A stretch of 64,000 nucleotides of DNA from a virus. Lineage: Duplodnaviria > Caudoviricetes. The first letter of the stretch is position 1. Every line of letters starts with the position of its first letter. The notes below the pieces were generated by a model, which saw nothing but the letters and a program-made list of their open reading frames with translations, was not told the DNA's origin and did no database searches. Positions 1-9,368 of the stretch are shown here, piece by piece. The stretch spans positions 32,001-96,000 of IMG/VR virus record IMGVR_UViG_2832410175_000003; one strand, written 5' to 3'. The position numbers and the translations under genes are program-made.

Positions 1-981
1 AGCGCGTTTGTTCTCAAAGAACTTGCTCAGTCGCTCGCTAGCTGGCACATCGTTATAAACCTGTACCATCGCGCTATTCGCCCAGCCGACTACATCGGTA
101 ATATCACTCTCAGACATACCGTCACGTACCAGATTGGACACGAAAAGATGCCGCATAGAGTGCCAGTAGAACGGCTTAACCGTGAATCGGTCAATCGTCT
201 GTGCCCAGCTGTTCAAAGTCTCGGCCGAAGCTTGCTCGTAACCCTTATCGGTTTTTGTCACGAACAGCCACTCGCTGTTAATGCTGAGGTCTTTACGCTG
301 CTGTAACCAGCGTTTCAGGTACGGGTCAAATCCTGATTTTATAACGTAGCAGTCGATCATCTTAGCACCCTTGGTCAAAACCTTCTCAGGAGTGCAGTAA
401 AAATAGTCAAAAACCACGTTTTCAGGCTTAAACCAGTCCACTTTGAATCGAGTCAGTTCCGCCTTTCGGCGACCGCTGTAGACCGCCAGAGCGAGAGCAC
501 AGGCAATCTGAAACTTGCCCGCCTCGGTCAGCTTCTGCAGAATTACCTCCATCTCCTCGGTGGAGAAGACGCTCTTCTCACGGACGGGCGTATTCTGCGG
601 GTTCTCAATCTTGCGGATAATCGGACGGAAGTCCTCGTATTCATCGTCAAGAATGTTCTCGATGTAGTTTGAGAGAGAAGAAAGCGCCGCCTTTACACGG
701 CGCACACGGGCAGGGGAGTTGCCGTTCTCGTTGATAAGCCAGTTCTGGAGAGAAACAATTTCTCGCTTTTTCAAATCAATAAACGACTTATTCCCGCAGT
801 TCTGGAGCACATAAGTGAATACGATAAGCAAGTCGCTCTTGTATCCTTTAATCGTGCCTTCACTGCGTTTCAGAGAACGAAGATACTCCAGAAAATCATT
901 CATCAACTGAATGTTCTCCGGATTTATCTGCTTCGTCAGCTCCGGAGAGGTCAGCTTGTTCATCTGTGTCTGGCGTCCCAT
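1..981 (-). CDS. Tyrosine recombinase (3' end runs off window; not in supplied ORF track)
   Basis: Manual translation MGRQTQMNKLTSPEL...YSGRRKAEL...FYWHSMRH...VVGW...VQVY gives the R, HxxR, W and Y catalytic set; RBS GAAAGGAGG; start overlaps 3' end of 896..1561. Confidence 0.9.
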   Translation of the reverse strand, partial: MGRQTQMNKLTSPELTKQINPENIQLMNDFLEYLRSLKRSEGTIKGYKSDLLIVFTYVLQNCGNKSFIDLKKREIVSLQNWLINENGNSPARVRRVKAALSSLSNYIENILDDEYEDFRPIIRKIENPQNTPVREKSVFSTEEMEVILQKLTEAGKFQIACALALAVYSGRRKAELTRFKVDWFKPENVVFDYFYCTPEKVLTKGAKMIDCYVIKSGFDPYLKRWLQQRKDLSINSEWLFVTKTDKGYEQASAETLNSWAQTIDRFTVKPFYWHSMRHLFVSNLVRDGMSESDITDVVGWANSAMVQVYNDVPASERLSKFFENKRA

Positions 982-1561
982 CTTCACCCTCCTTTCCGAA
1001 AAGGCCGTAGACGAGGTTGTCCGCTGCGGAATCATCCAGTGTGCCGGACAGCAGTGCCTTCGCAGTATCAACATCAATGCCGGTAATCACATTCTTCAGA
1101 CCACTCATCAGGTCAGTCGCCGCGTCTGCGATGCGGTCAAACGGGTTGGACTGGGTCATTGCCTGCATCAGTACCAATTCGGTATCAATCGCGGCGTTAA
1201 TCTGCTTGTAACAAGCCTCTTCCAGCTCAGCCAGCTTATCCTCGCCGATAACCTCTGCAATCAGAGCATAGATATCGGTCTTATACAGCAGAGCAGCTTC
1301 AAAGCCGCCATCCAGTGAGATATGCAGGTCAGTGCAAACCTTCACGACAGCGGAGCGGAAAGCCCAGTCAACCAGGCCAAAATTGCGGCCGTCACCGTCA
1401 TCAATATGCTGGCCGACCTCGTTTACAATAGTCGCACGCATCTTCGGGGTAATCAGCGGCTTAATCTTGATTGGAATAATAGTCTCGCCGATAGTGAGAT
1501 CCTTGGTTACAGACTCTACATACGGAGTCAGAGCCGCCATAATATCAGTCTTCTTGGACAT
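896..1561 (-). CDS. Hypothetical protein in tail module
   Basis: 221-aa ORF in operon context. Confidence 0.7.
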   Translation of the reverse strand: MSKKTDIMAALTPYVESVTKDLTIGETIIPIKIKPLITPKMRATIVNEVGQHIDDGDGRNFGLVDWAFRSAVVKVCTDLHISLDGGFEAALLYKTDIYALIAEVIGEDKLAELEEACYKQINAAIDTELVLMQAMTQSNPFDRIADAATDLMSGLKNVITGIDVDTAKALLSGTLDDSAADNLVYGLFGKEGEDGTPDTDEQADLSGADEADKSGEHSVDE

Positions 1562-2045
1562 TTTTCTTTTGTTCCTCCAAATTTTTAAGATACGCCAACG
1601 CGATGCAAAGCGCGTCGGCTTCGTCCGTCTCCACGGACAGGTTATAGGTTTCGCGAATCAGGTCGATAGCCTGTTGTTTCAGATTTTCGCGAGTGACGCG
1701 CCCTTGCTTAAAGCCGAGCACCTTGCGCCACTGAGTAGGCAGGTAAATCGTTACGGGAACCTGAAAAATGTGACAGTATCCCAGAATGACACCCTGCAGT
1801 CGGGCAAGAACAATAAGCGCCTGCGCCGACTTCATGTACATAACATCCTCGACAACCACTTGGTCGGGCTTGTATTTTGTGATGACATCACGAATAGCAA
1901 GACACATCTCCGTAAAGCGTATACTGCCATCTTTCTGGCTGTGCAAGTCGATCATTCCGTGACGGACATATTCACCGTCATCGAAAACAGCCCAGCCGGT
2001 TATCAAGGTTGATTGGTCAAAACTTAATACGCGCATTGGATTCAC
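1545..2045 (-). CDS. ruvC: RuvC-like Holliday junction resolvase
   Basis: FDQSTLITGWAV, VVEDV and DEADALCIA RNase H-fold motifs. Confidence 0.85.
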   Translation of the reverse strand: MNPMRVLSFDQSTLITGWAVFDDGEYVRHGMIDLHSQKDGSIRFTEMCLAIRDVITKYKPDQVVVEDVMYMKSAQALIVLARLQGVILGYCHIFQVPVTIYLPTQWRKVLGFKQGRVTRENLKQQAIDLIRETYNLSVETDEADALCIALAYLKNLEEQKKNVQED

Positions 2046-2876
2046 TCAACCTTTATTCAAAACACGCGCAATGACCGCTGCGAGTTCCTCTCGGGTTACA
2101 GCAGCCTTTGGTCGGAACTTCCCGTTCGCGTCTCCCTGCATAATGCCGGATACAACCATCTTCTCAACATAGGGTCGTGCCCAGCTTGCAATCTCGTTCT
2201 GGTCGGCCAGCTTCGCGAGCGGGTCTTCTTTCAGATACACACAGAACACATTGTCAACCGGTCGGTTTTCAATCGGCGTATTCACAACCTTGTTCTCGTG
2301 CATCTTGCGGACAGAGCCGCCGCCATCGAGGTTCATCGCATACTGTGCATCGTATTCAACGAAGATTTTCGCCATCTCGGCAAACTTCATGCCCGGTTTG
2401 TCTACCGTCAGGATGAGAAGCGTTCCATCCTCACGAACACCCACCGCCGATCGCAAGGTTAAGTAGTTGAGGTTAGAAGCATTGCCGTAAACGGTGTTTG
2501 CCTTGCCGTTAATAACGAGCATAGGGTATGCGGTCATGAAATATTTCCACTTCCGCGCCTTGTCAGTTCCGTATACCAACTTCGCCGGGTCGCTGCCAAG
2601 CACACCCATACCTGTAAAGCCGTTCTGGTAGTTCTGCTCCTTTCCGTCGCAGACAAAGGACATAACGTTGTGCCCGGTGGACATGTTGAAGAGACCGCCG
2701 TTAATCATGATCTGCGGTTTCTTTTCCTTACTGGAATAGTAACCGCCGAGTGTCTCTTTCGGGTCAGCGCATTTTTCAAAAGCCACAGCCTCAATCGAGC
2801 TGTGCGGCACGATGTCAAGCTGTGTATAGCTGTTGATCTTTACCGTCTGAAACGGTTTATAATCGGTTAAAGCCAT
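2046..2876 (-). CDS. Phosphodiester glycosidase (NAGPA/DUF2233-like) with C-terminal SLH domain
   Basis: INGGLF, RSAVG, AMNLDGGGS, RPVDN motifs; IASWARPYV...GIMQG...FRPKAAVTREELA is SLH; RBS GGAGG before ATG 2876. Confidence 0.85.
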   Translation of the reverse strand: MALTDYKPFQTVKINSYTQLDIVPHSSIEAVAFEKCADPKETLGGYYSSKEKKPQIMINGGLFNMSTGHNVMSFVCDGKEQNYQNGFTGMGVLGSDPAKLVYGTDKARKWKYFMTAYPMLVINGKANTVYGNASNLNYLTLRSAVGVREDGTLLILTVDKPGMKFAEMAKIFVEYDAQYAMNLDGGGSVRKMHENKVVNTPIENRPVDNVFCVYLKEDPLAKLADQNEIASWARPYVEKMVVSGIMQGDANGKFRPKAAVTREELAAVIARVLNKG

Positions 2877-2946
2877 TCGCGTTCGCCTCCATTCAAAAAA
2901 TTTTCGTTTTATTTGCAAAATGTAAAGAAACCGAGGACAAAAACGG

Positions 2947-3228
2947 TCATTCCTCGGTTGATACACTTACATCCGCGTCATATACATCCTCAGCAGGACG
3001 CGAATCCTCATAGGTGATGGTCGGAATCTCTTCGACAACGGGAGTTTCTACGACCGGTTCCTTCGCCGCAGCTTCAGCGGCTTTGCGTGCGCGAACAGTG
3101 TCTACCCAGATGTTCCAGCATTCGGGCGAGCATGCTACAGCACGCCAGCTGCCGATCTGTTCACACTTCTCGCAATGGTGATACTTTTTACCGCAGACTT
3201 TGCAGACTGCGTTCAGATATTCAGCCAT
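2947..3228 (-). CDS. Small Cys-rich (Zn-binding) protein
   Basis: CKVC, CEKC, CSPEC motifs; RBS AAGGA. Confidence 0.7.
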   Translation of the reverse strand: MAEYLNAVCKVCGKKYHHCEKCEQIGSWRAVACSPECWNIWVDTVRARKAAEAAAKEPVVETPVVEEIPTITYEDSRPAEDVYDADVSVSTEE

Positions 3229-3252
3229 AATAGTTTCCTTTCTTATTTAATG

Positions 3253-3328
3253 TGGCACGAGTGCTTCGAGTCGAACGAAGATCATACGGTTTTGGAGACC
3301 GATAGCGTACCAATTAGCCCACACTCGC
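3253..3328 (-). tRNA. tRNA-Trp(CCA)
   Basis: Acceptor GCGAGTG/CACTCGT-G-CCA; anticodon loop CTCCAAA; T-loop TTCGACT. Confidence 0.85.
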
Positions 3329-3333
3329 ATGTA

Positions 3334-3426
3334 TGGCAGAGATGGTTGGATTCGAACCAACGAGCGAGAGCGTTACCTCCCTTGGCGGAGTCAAATTCCG
3401 CTGCCTTACCGCTTGGCCACACCTCT
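3334..3426 (-). tRNA. tRNA-Gln(UUG) with a long variable arm
   Basis: AGAGGTG/CATCTCT-G-CCA; Gln-type D-arm GCCAAGCGGTAAGGC; GCGGA-ATTTGAC-TCCGC; 23-nt variable region. Confidence 0.85.
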
Positions 3427-3430
3427 GTAT

Positions 3431-3455
3431 AAAAAGGGAGGCTCGAAAGCCTCCC
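3431..3455 (-). terminator. Intrinsic terminator after major tail gene
   Basis: GGGAGGC-TTTCGA-GCCTCCC-TTTTT on minus strand. Confidence 0.75.
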
Positions 3456-3470
3456 GATGAATCAGATAAC

Positions 3471-4274
3471 TTAGGCTACCAGATAGATGTTCCAGAGGGT
3501 CTTATCCTTGGCGCATACGTCGGTCAGAGTCTTAGCGCTGAACGCATGAACAGCCGGCTCGTCGCCGATATCCAGAGTGTAGTTGCCGTCGATCTTAGCC
3601 TTCGGAATCTCGAGAATTGCATGGTGCTTGATGTTCTCGTCGCACTTCTCAGCAACGGTGCAGTCAACCAGAATGCGAGCATTCTTCGAGAAGTTGTCTG
3701 CGATGTTGGAAATCTTGCGGCCCTCGGTGATCTCGTGGTCGTAAGCAACGTAGATCTCGGAACCCTTCTTCAGGTCATCAGCTGCGAAGGTGATGGTCTT
3801 CTCTGCAGCATTAACAGTGAAGGACTTGCCCTTAACCGGGGTGTCAGCAACAACAGTGTACTCAGCACCCTGCGTGCCATCGCTTGCAACCAGCCAGATG
3901 CGCTTAACCTCAGCACCCTCAACGCCTACCGGAACGTAGGACAGCTTAGCGGTAGTGTCGGTGTCCAGCTCAACGCGCTCGAAGTTCGGAACCTGAATCT
4001 TGTTGTCCTCAGATGCCTCTTCAATGTCGGTACCAGCCTGAGCAGCCAGCAGACCGGCTACGAGGAATGCGTTGTTCCAAGTAATCGTTGCAGCCTTGTT
4101 ACGGTCGAGGGATGCGAGCAGCATGCCCATCTTACCGGTAACATCGCTGGAATCAACGGTGTTCTCCAGAGAACCATCCTTAATCTGGTCGCACAGTGCG
4201 TACAGCTCACCGGTGGTGATGTCGTAGATAGACGCCAGATCGAAGGACTCCAGAAGGAAATTCTCCATATTCAT
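3471..4274 (-). CDS. Probable major tail (tube) protein
   Basis: Acidic beta-rich 267 aa, strong codon bias, followed by terminator, position after head-tail genes. Confidence 0.65.
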   Translation of the reverse strand: MNMENFLLESFDLASIYDITTGELYALCDQIKDGSLENTVDSSDVTGKMGMLLASLDRNKAATITWNNAFLVAGLLAAQAGTDIEEASEDNKIQVPNFERVELDTDTTAKLSYVPVGVEGAEVKRIWLVASDGTQGAEYTVVADTPVKGKSFTVNAAEKTITFAADDLKKGSEIYVAYDHEITEGRKISNIADNFSKNARILVDCTVAEKCDENIKHHAILEIPKAKIDGNYTLDIGDEPAVHAFSAKTLTDVCAKDKTLWNIYLVA

Positions 4275-4318
4275 AGTGTGTCTCTTCCTTTCTTTAGTGT
4301 AAGTTAGTAAAGGAAACC

Positions 4319-5044
4319 TCAACTCAGGTTCCCTAACCAGTTCAGAGCGTCATCGCTGATGCTCTTTTTATCCAACGTGCCGGCATACAATCCGGCCGTC
4401 AGTTGCCTTGCTTCGGTGATTTTTTGTGTCCGCTTTAAGCTGTCATAAAACACAAAAATCCGCACATCCCAAACCGTATCGGGGTTGTATTTGAACCCCT
4501 CATGGTTGCAGAGTGCGGAAATCAAAGGGAACAGGACAGATTCAAAGTGCTGGTGGCGGCGAGCGTACTTTGCAGCACGTCTCTCCTTAGCCAGCATATA
4601 TTCTCTGTCATGCTCGGTTACCGTCTTGACGATCTTCTTCGTCATCGAATGCATCTGACGAATGAATGACGTGATCTGTTGATAGACCGCATTGTCAACG
4701 ACGGATTGTGTTTTAGGATTGTATAAGCGAAGCTGACCGTCCTGCGGATTGAGCTGCGGCTCATAAGCAGATAAGTCTAAATCTCCGAGTAAAATACGGG
4801 TATCATCTGGTGTTAAGTTGCGAGTGAGCATCAAGAACAGTTGAAAGTCCGTGATCTCCTCGTATCGGATACCCATGTCATCAAGTGCCACCATAAAGTC
4901 GCTCGGCGAACCACAGATAGCGGAAAGCATCTGAAAATAACGCTCTTCGCCAAAATCTGCAATCTCTCCGAGTGTCGGCTGCCGCACTTGGATTAAGTCA
5001 TTGATGACCAAAGGGTCGCCTCGGTACATTTTCAGGTCATTCAA
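4319..5044 (-). CDS. Putative virion morphogenesis protein
   Basis: 241-aa ORF with ATGA overlap in structural operon. Confidence 0.6.
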   Translation of the reverse strand: MNDLKMYRGDPLVINDLIQVRQPTLGEIADFGEERYFQMLSAICGSPSDFMVALDDMGIRYEEITDFQLFLMLTRNLTPDDTRILLGDLDLSAYEPQLNPQDGQLRLYNPKTQSVVDNAVYQQITSFIRQMHSMTKKIVKTVTEHDREYMLAKERRAAKYARRHQHFESVLFPLISALCNHEGFKYNPDTVWDVRIFVFYDSLKRTQKITEARQLTAGLYAGTLDKKSISDDALNWLGNLS

Positions 5045-5544
5045 TGAATATTGGCCTGCCCCTTCTTCAGGTCATTTCCACGAATTGCAGTGAACTGCAG
5101 TGTTCTGAAATAGTATTGCTGGGCAGACATAACGCCTTCCTGCTCATTTACGAGTTTCAAACGGAACATGCCGAGGCTGCGGTTCCAGTTGAGCGTTTCT
5201 GAAATATCTCCGGCGAGAATATCAGTGCGCGTACCTTTCTGTCCTTTTACCTGCATATTGGTAATCGGGCAAAAGGCCGTCACTGTTACAAGCAACTGCT
5301 TGAATCGGTCGTTCTCCAGCGGGCCATTGGAGTCAATGGTCACACCGATGAAAGTGCCAACCTCCTCCTGAATATTAGCCAGCTTTACATACGGGAAAAT
5401 ACAAACCCATTCAGCGGTATCTGGGCAGTCAGGGTCAACCTGCTCGTTGTCCAGAATTTCAATGATTTCAGGATTGGAATACAGCAGCTTGATGATCTCT
5501 CGCTTGAGCTTCGTTACTTCGGACTGCTTGTCTCCGTTTCTCAC
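5041..5544 (-). CDS. Putative tail terminator/completion protein
   Basis: Size and position between head-tail joining and tube genes. Confidence 0.5.
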   Translation of the reverse strand: MRNGDKQSEVTKLKREIIKLLYSNPEIIEILDNEQVDPDCPDTAEWVCIFPYVKLANIQEEVGTFIGVTIDSNGPLENDRFKQLLVTVTAFCPITNMQVKGQKGTRTDILAGDISETLNWNRSLGMFRLKLVNEQEGVMSAQQYYFRTLQFTAIRGNDLKKGQANIH

Positions 5545-6560
5545 GAAACCACCTCCACATCCAGACTTCCTTCAATATCGCCATGCTTAGCGATAAGCTG
5601 AACCACTGCGCCTTGCAATTCGACAAAATCCATAGCCGCCAGACGAGCAAAAGCGCCGCTCGGTGTCAATGTGAATTTGTCCATTAGCACTCCGTCTACA
5701 GCAATACTCCACTCAAACTCAGCATCGAGAATCTCATTGTCCGCACCGTCATACAGATGCGCGGTGAACTTCTTAGCTGAACCACCTTGACGAATCGTTG
5801 CGTTACCGTTATAGGTAAACGTAATTTTCCCGTCATCGGCAGGGGATGGTGTTGGGTCTGGCATTTGCGCCGGTTCAACATAATCGCAAAGGAGCAAGTC
5901 CTTGCGGTCGGTCTTGGGGTTGTAAAGGTCTTGTGTTAAGTTGAGCACCAAGAATCCGCGAATCTCGCCGCTCTGGTAAGAACGCGCGGTAATGGTATCG
6001 ACAGCAGTAACCTTGTACGTTTTTGGGCTTTCGCCGATGATTTCGAGCATGAATCGCTTGTCTACGTCGATAAGAGAGGTCTCTTCGTCGAACGTAACCT
6101 GAATCTTGTACTCACGACTGGAAACTGTGAGCGGTTTTGACTCATCCAGATTGGAGTAATACGGCTTTTCGGCCGTAATCCAGCGGCGAAGAATCTCGCC
6201 GGTATGGCGATTCTGCCAGATAAGCTCGCGGTTGCAGAGCTGCATAATGCCCTTGGTGTATACTTCTTTGTTCTGATCAACTTCTGTGATCAGCCACTTG
6301 GCATTAAGTGCATCTACCACATCACCCGCATAAAATGTTTCGCCCGGATAAGCGTAAATACGGCGGGTGTTGGTAACGCTCTTGTTTTTTGCCACAATTA
6401 GTTCTTGTTGTTTTCCATTGACCTTCGCTTCCGGCTGATAATCAATCGAATCTTTGAAGTGATTTGCAAAGTCCTTTTGAAGAGCAGCAATACGCGAGTC
6501 TTTGGCATAAGTGGCTTCTTTGCCGAAACAAATCCAACGGTTTTTTTCCAGCGCGTTCAT
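5541..6560 (-). CDS. Putative head-closure protein with C-terminal Ig-like extension
   Basis: Position; beta-rich C-terminal domain after PT-rich linker. Confidence 0.5.
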   Translation of the reverse strand: MNALEKNRWICFGKEATYAKDSRIAALQKDFANHFKDSIDYQPEAKVNGKQQELIVAKNKSVTNTRRIYAYPGETFYAGDVVDALNAKWLITEVDQNKEVYTKGIMQLCNRELIWQNRHTGEILRRWITAEKPYYSNLDESKPLTVSSREYKIQVTFDEETSLIDVDKRFMLEIIGESPKTYKVTAVDTITARSYQSGEIRGFLVLNLTQDLYNPKTDRKDLLLCDYVEPAQMPDPTPSPADDGKITFTYNGNATIRQGGSAKKFTAHLYDGADNEILDAEFEWSIAVDGVLMDKFTLTPSGAFARLAAMDFVELQGAVVQLIAKHGDIEGSLDVEVVS

Positions 6561-7075
6561 CAACTTTCCTCCGTTTCGTAGGAGGTATAGTCAATACTGC
6601 GCTGCTTACCGGTCGTTCGGTCTCTGCGAGCATAACGGTCGAGCTTTACCTTGTTCTCCTCTACGACCGTATTGTACATAGCCATAAAGGTCTTTCGGTC
6701 ATTAGCAGGGGAGAATACCTGAAGGTCGCTCGGCGTATATTGGTGCTGGAATGCACGGAGCTTGGAAATATCTCGCTTCAGATAGCCCTCATACATCAGG
6801 TTGGCGAGAAGGTCGATTTCGAAGGGAGTTAAGTCAGCAGTGAAAAACTCCTTTTGTTTGCGCCCTTCGCCTTCCGTATAGGTGTCAGTGAAGTCGATTT
6901 CAGCATCGCATTCCATCTGCATTCTGATTGCGGCGTCGCGGAGCAGAGCTTTCGCTCGCTGAAGGGCAAGCATGTAACTCTCTTCATCAGTCGCTTCATA
7001 GTAGTTGAAAAAGTCACGATCTTCTTCGATCAGGTCGAAAAAAACATCGTAGACAGATTCACAAGGAGTGGACAT
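6560..7075 (-). CDS. Putative head-tail adaptor
   Basis: Helical 171 aa; position two genes after capsid. Confidence 0.55.
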   Translation of the reverse strand: MSTPCESVYDVFFDLIEEDRDFFNYYEATDEESYMLALQRAKALLRDAAIRMQMECDAEIDFTDTYTEGEGRKQKEFFTADLTPFEIDLLANLMYEGYLKRDISKLRAFQHQYTPSDLQVFSPANDRKTFMAMYNTVVEENKVKLDRYARRDRTTGKQRSIDYTSYETEES

Positions 7076-7096
7076 TGGGCGTACACCTCCTCGTGC

Positions 7097-7762
7097 TTAC
7101 TCAGCGTCGGTCTTTGCAGCCGGAGCAGCCTTCTTGCGAGTGGTCTGCTTCTTCGGTGCGGGCGCAGTCGCAGTCTGCGATGCAGTCTGCATGGCCGCCA
7201 GCTGTGCCTGAAGTGCAGCCATCTGCTCCATCATTACCGAGATACGCGGGTCTTCGTCCTGCATTGCGCGTTCTTTGGTCTTGCCGAGGTTGACCTTGGT
7301 GTTGCGAACGCCGTGGTTAATCTCATCATAGCGCTGGTCGATCAGGTCGATCATGCGCTTGGAGATATCCAGATTGTCGTCGTTTGCCAGAGCGACCATG
7401 TGACCGCGAACACGATGAATCTCAGCAACAGTAGTCAGCTTGAGGAACTTCTCAGCCGCGTCCATATCGTTTTCACGAATAATGCGGTCGATTTCCTCAT
7501 CGAACAGAACGGTATCACGCCAGTTGTCGAGATACAGCGCACGATAAACATCCTCGCGCTCTGCCTCGCTGAACTGTACCGTGCCGTTGCGGAACACAGG
7601 CGAACGAGAGTTGATGTACTCTACATCCGAGAACGGCATCGTTACAACGGTCGGAACACCGCGCGTGCCATCAAGGTAATATGCACGGAACTGACCGGGC
7701 AGGTTGATTGGGCTGACGCTGTGGTTATATACCTTTACTGGGGTATCTGCTTTATAAGTCAA
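7097..7762 (-). CDS. Hypothetical structural-module protein
   Basis: TTG start with AAGGAG RBS; Lys/Ala-rich tail. Confidence 0.65.
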   Translation of the reverse strand: MTYKADTPVKVYNHSVSPINLPGQFRAYYLDGTRGVPTVVTMPFSDVEYINSRSPVFRNGTVQFSEAEREDVYRALYLDNWRDTVLFDEEIDRIIRENDMDAAEKFLKLTTVAEIHRVRGHMVALANDDNLDISKRMIDLIDQRYDEINHGVRNTKVNLGKTKERAMQDEDPRISVMMEQMAALQAQLAAMQTASQTATAPAPKKQTTRKKAAPAAKTDAE

Positions 7763-7825
7763 GATATTGTCTCCTTGAAAATTTATTTTTTGGGCGGGCT
7801 GTTGCCCGCCCTACGCGAGGGCAGA

Positions 7826-8824
7826 TTACTGATTGTAAACTACCTTTGCAGCCTTGGAAATGTCGGTAACAACAGTACCGAAAGAGTAACCGCCGACCTT
7901 AATGTGGATCTGCTCGTTGTTGATGTCAGTCTCCTGATAGGTGCGGGTCTCGCCGCGGGTGATGACCTTACCAATCTTGCCAGCAGCTGCGAACAGACGC
8001 TTGTCAGGAATGATGAGATTGCCGTTAGCCAGCTTCTTAACACCAGACAGACCGAACAGACGGCAGCCAGCATACATATCCAGCTTGCCAACCTTGTTGT
8101 ACTGGTTCTTTACAGCATCAGAGAAGCCGTACTGAGCGGACTGCAGACCAGTCATGCCAACGATGTACTTGTTCTGGCCGAAAATAGCCGGGGTCTCGCC
8201 GTTGGTTACGTCCATCAGATAGGTAGCCAGCTTGCGGCAGATTTCCTCAGTCGGGGTAGCGCCGGTCTCGGTGAATACGTTCTCGCCGCCAGCCAGAGCC
8301 TTGTCGAGGATTTCCAGAATGCGGGTAACGCGAGCCAGCTCGAAAGCCTCGTTGATGTTGGTGATCATGTTTGCAACAGACTTGTAGCCGCCGCGACGGA
8401 TGTCCTCCAACTTCAGAGAGGTCTCAGCCTGCAGAAGGCAGTAGGTCGGCTTCAGAACCTTGTGGTCAATGAAAGAACGCGGTACGTTGCCGCCGGTGAT
8501 TGCGTCATATACCTCGATGGTGTTCTTCGGGTCAACGGTTACACGGTAATCGTCAAACTCACCGATGGAATCGGTGTCGAACAGCATATCGATCAGCTCA
8601 GACGGAGCAGAAACGGTCTCCGGAGTGAAGGTCTTGGTAATCAGAGCGGACAGCTCGTGATCCTTGTCATAGCCGGTCTTGCCCAGCTCCTTTACCCAAG
8701 CGTCGGTAACTGCGGAGATTTCCTTGTCCTCAGCAGACAGCTCAGCCGGGGAATACTTTACAGCATTAGCCCAGTCCAGAACACGGCCAGACTGATCCAT
8801 AATTGCACTGATTTCAGTGTTCAT
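7826..8824 (-). CDS. Major capsid protein
   Basis: 332 aa, strong codon bias, follows protease/scaffold and decoration genes as in SPbeta-like phages. Confidence 0.8.
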   Translation of the reverse strand: MNTEISAIMDQSGRVLDWANAVKYSPAELSAEDKEISAVTDAWVKELGKTGYDKDHELSALITKTFTPETVSAPSELIDMLFDTDSIGEFDDYRVTVDPKNTIEVYDAITGGNVPRSFIDHKVLKPTYCLLQAETSLKLEDIRRGGYKSVANMITNINEAFELARVTRILEILDKALAGGENVFTETGATPTEEICRKLATYLMDVTNGETPAIFGQNKYIVGMTGLQSAQYGFSDAVKNQYNKVGKLDMYAGCRLFGLSGVKKLANGNLIIPDKRLFAAAGKIGKVITRGETRTYQETDINNEQIHIKVGGYSFGTVVTDISKAAKVVYNQ

Positions 8825-8896
8825 GTGTATCTTCCTTTCTTTGAAAAATAGAAAAGAGGAGTACAAGACTCCTCAAATGTAGTTGGTTTACAGGGT

Positions 8897-9343
8897 TTAC
8901 GCTACGGTAGAAACCTCTACGCGCACGATCTTGCCCATCTTGATACCGGTCGGATCAGAGTAGATGCCGCGGTACTCGTAAGCGTACTGACCAGCAGTTG
9001 CCTTTACGAACTTGCCGTCCTTAGCCTGCAGCTTGTCGCCAGCCTGCAGGGTCTCGGTGTCCAGCTCGGAAGTAGCATACATCTCGCCCGGCAGGGTCTG
9101 GATAACGCGAACGTGCTCGCCAGCTGCAGCCTTCTCGAACTCGCCGTCGGTCGGCTCAACGATAGAGTAGATGCCCTCGTACTTTGCGTTTACGTCGCAC
9201 AGCTTGGTGCCAAGACCTTCTGCGGTTGCCTTTACGGTCTGGTCCTCAGAGTCAACGTCTACCGGCGCGCCCTTCTTAACAACTGCGGAAGTCAGAAGCA
9301 GCTCAACGGGCTTGCCCTGTACAGTTTCAAGCTCTCGAATCAT
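8897..9343 (-). CDS. Probable head decoration protein
   Basis: 148-aa beta-rich protein between scaffold and capsid genes. Confidence 0.65.
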   Translation of the reverse strand: MIRELETVQGKPVELLLTSAVVKKGAPVDVDSEDQTVKATAEGLGTKLCDVNAKYEGIYSIVEPTDGEFEKAAAGEHVRVIQTLPGEMYATSELDTETLQAGDKLQAKDGKFVKATAGQYAYEYRGIYSDPTGIKMGKIVRVEVSTVA

Positions 9344-9368
9344 GTCAATTTCTCCTTTTCTTTTGATT

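Noticed and set aside
6854-8851. 665-aa plus-strand ORF (also 3333..4307, 11713..12522, 18741..19931)
   Set aside because: Antisense shadows of codon-biased structural/RNAP genes; no RBS or motifs. Long stop-free antisense frames are expected when the sense strand avoids TTA/CTA/TCA.
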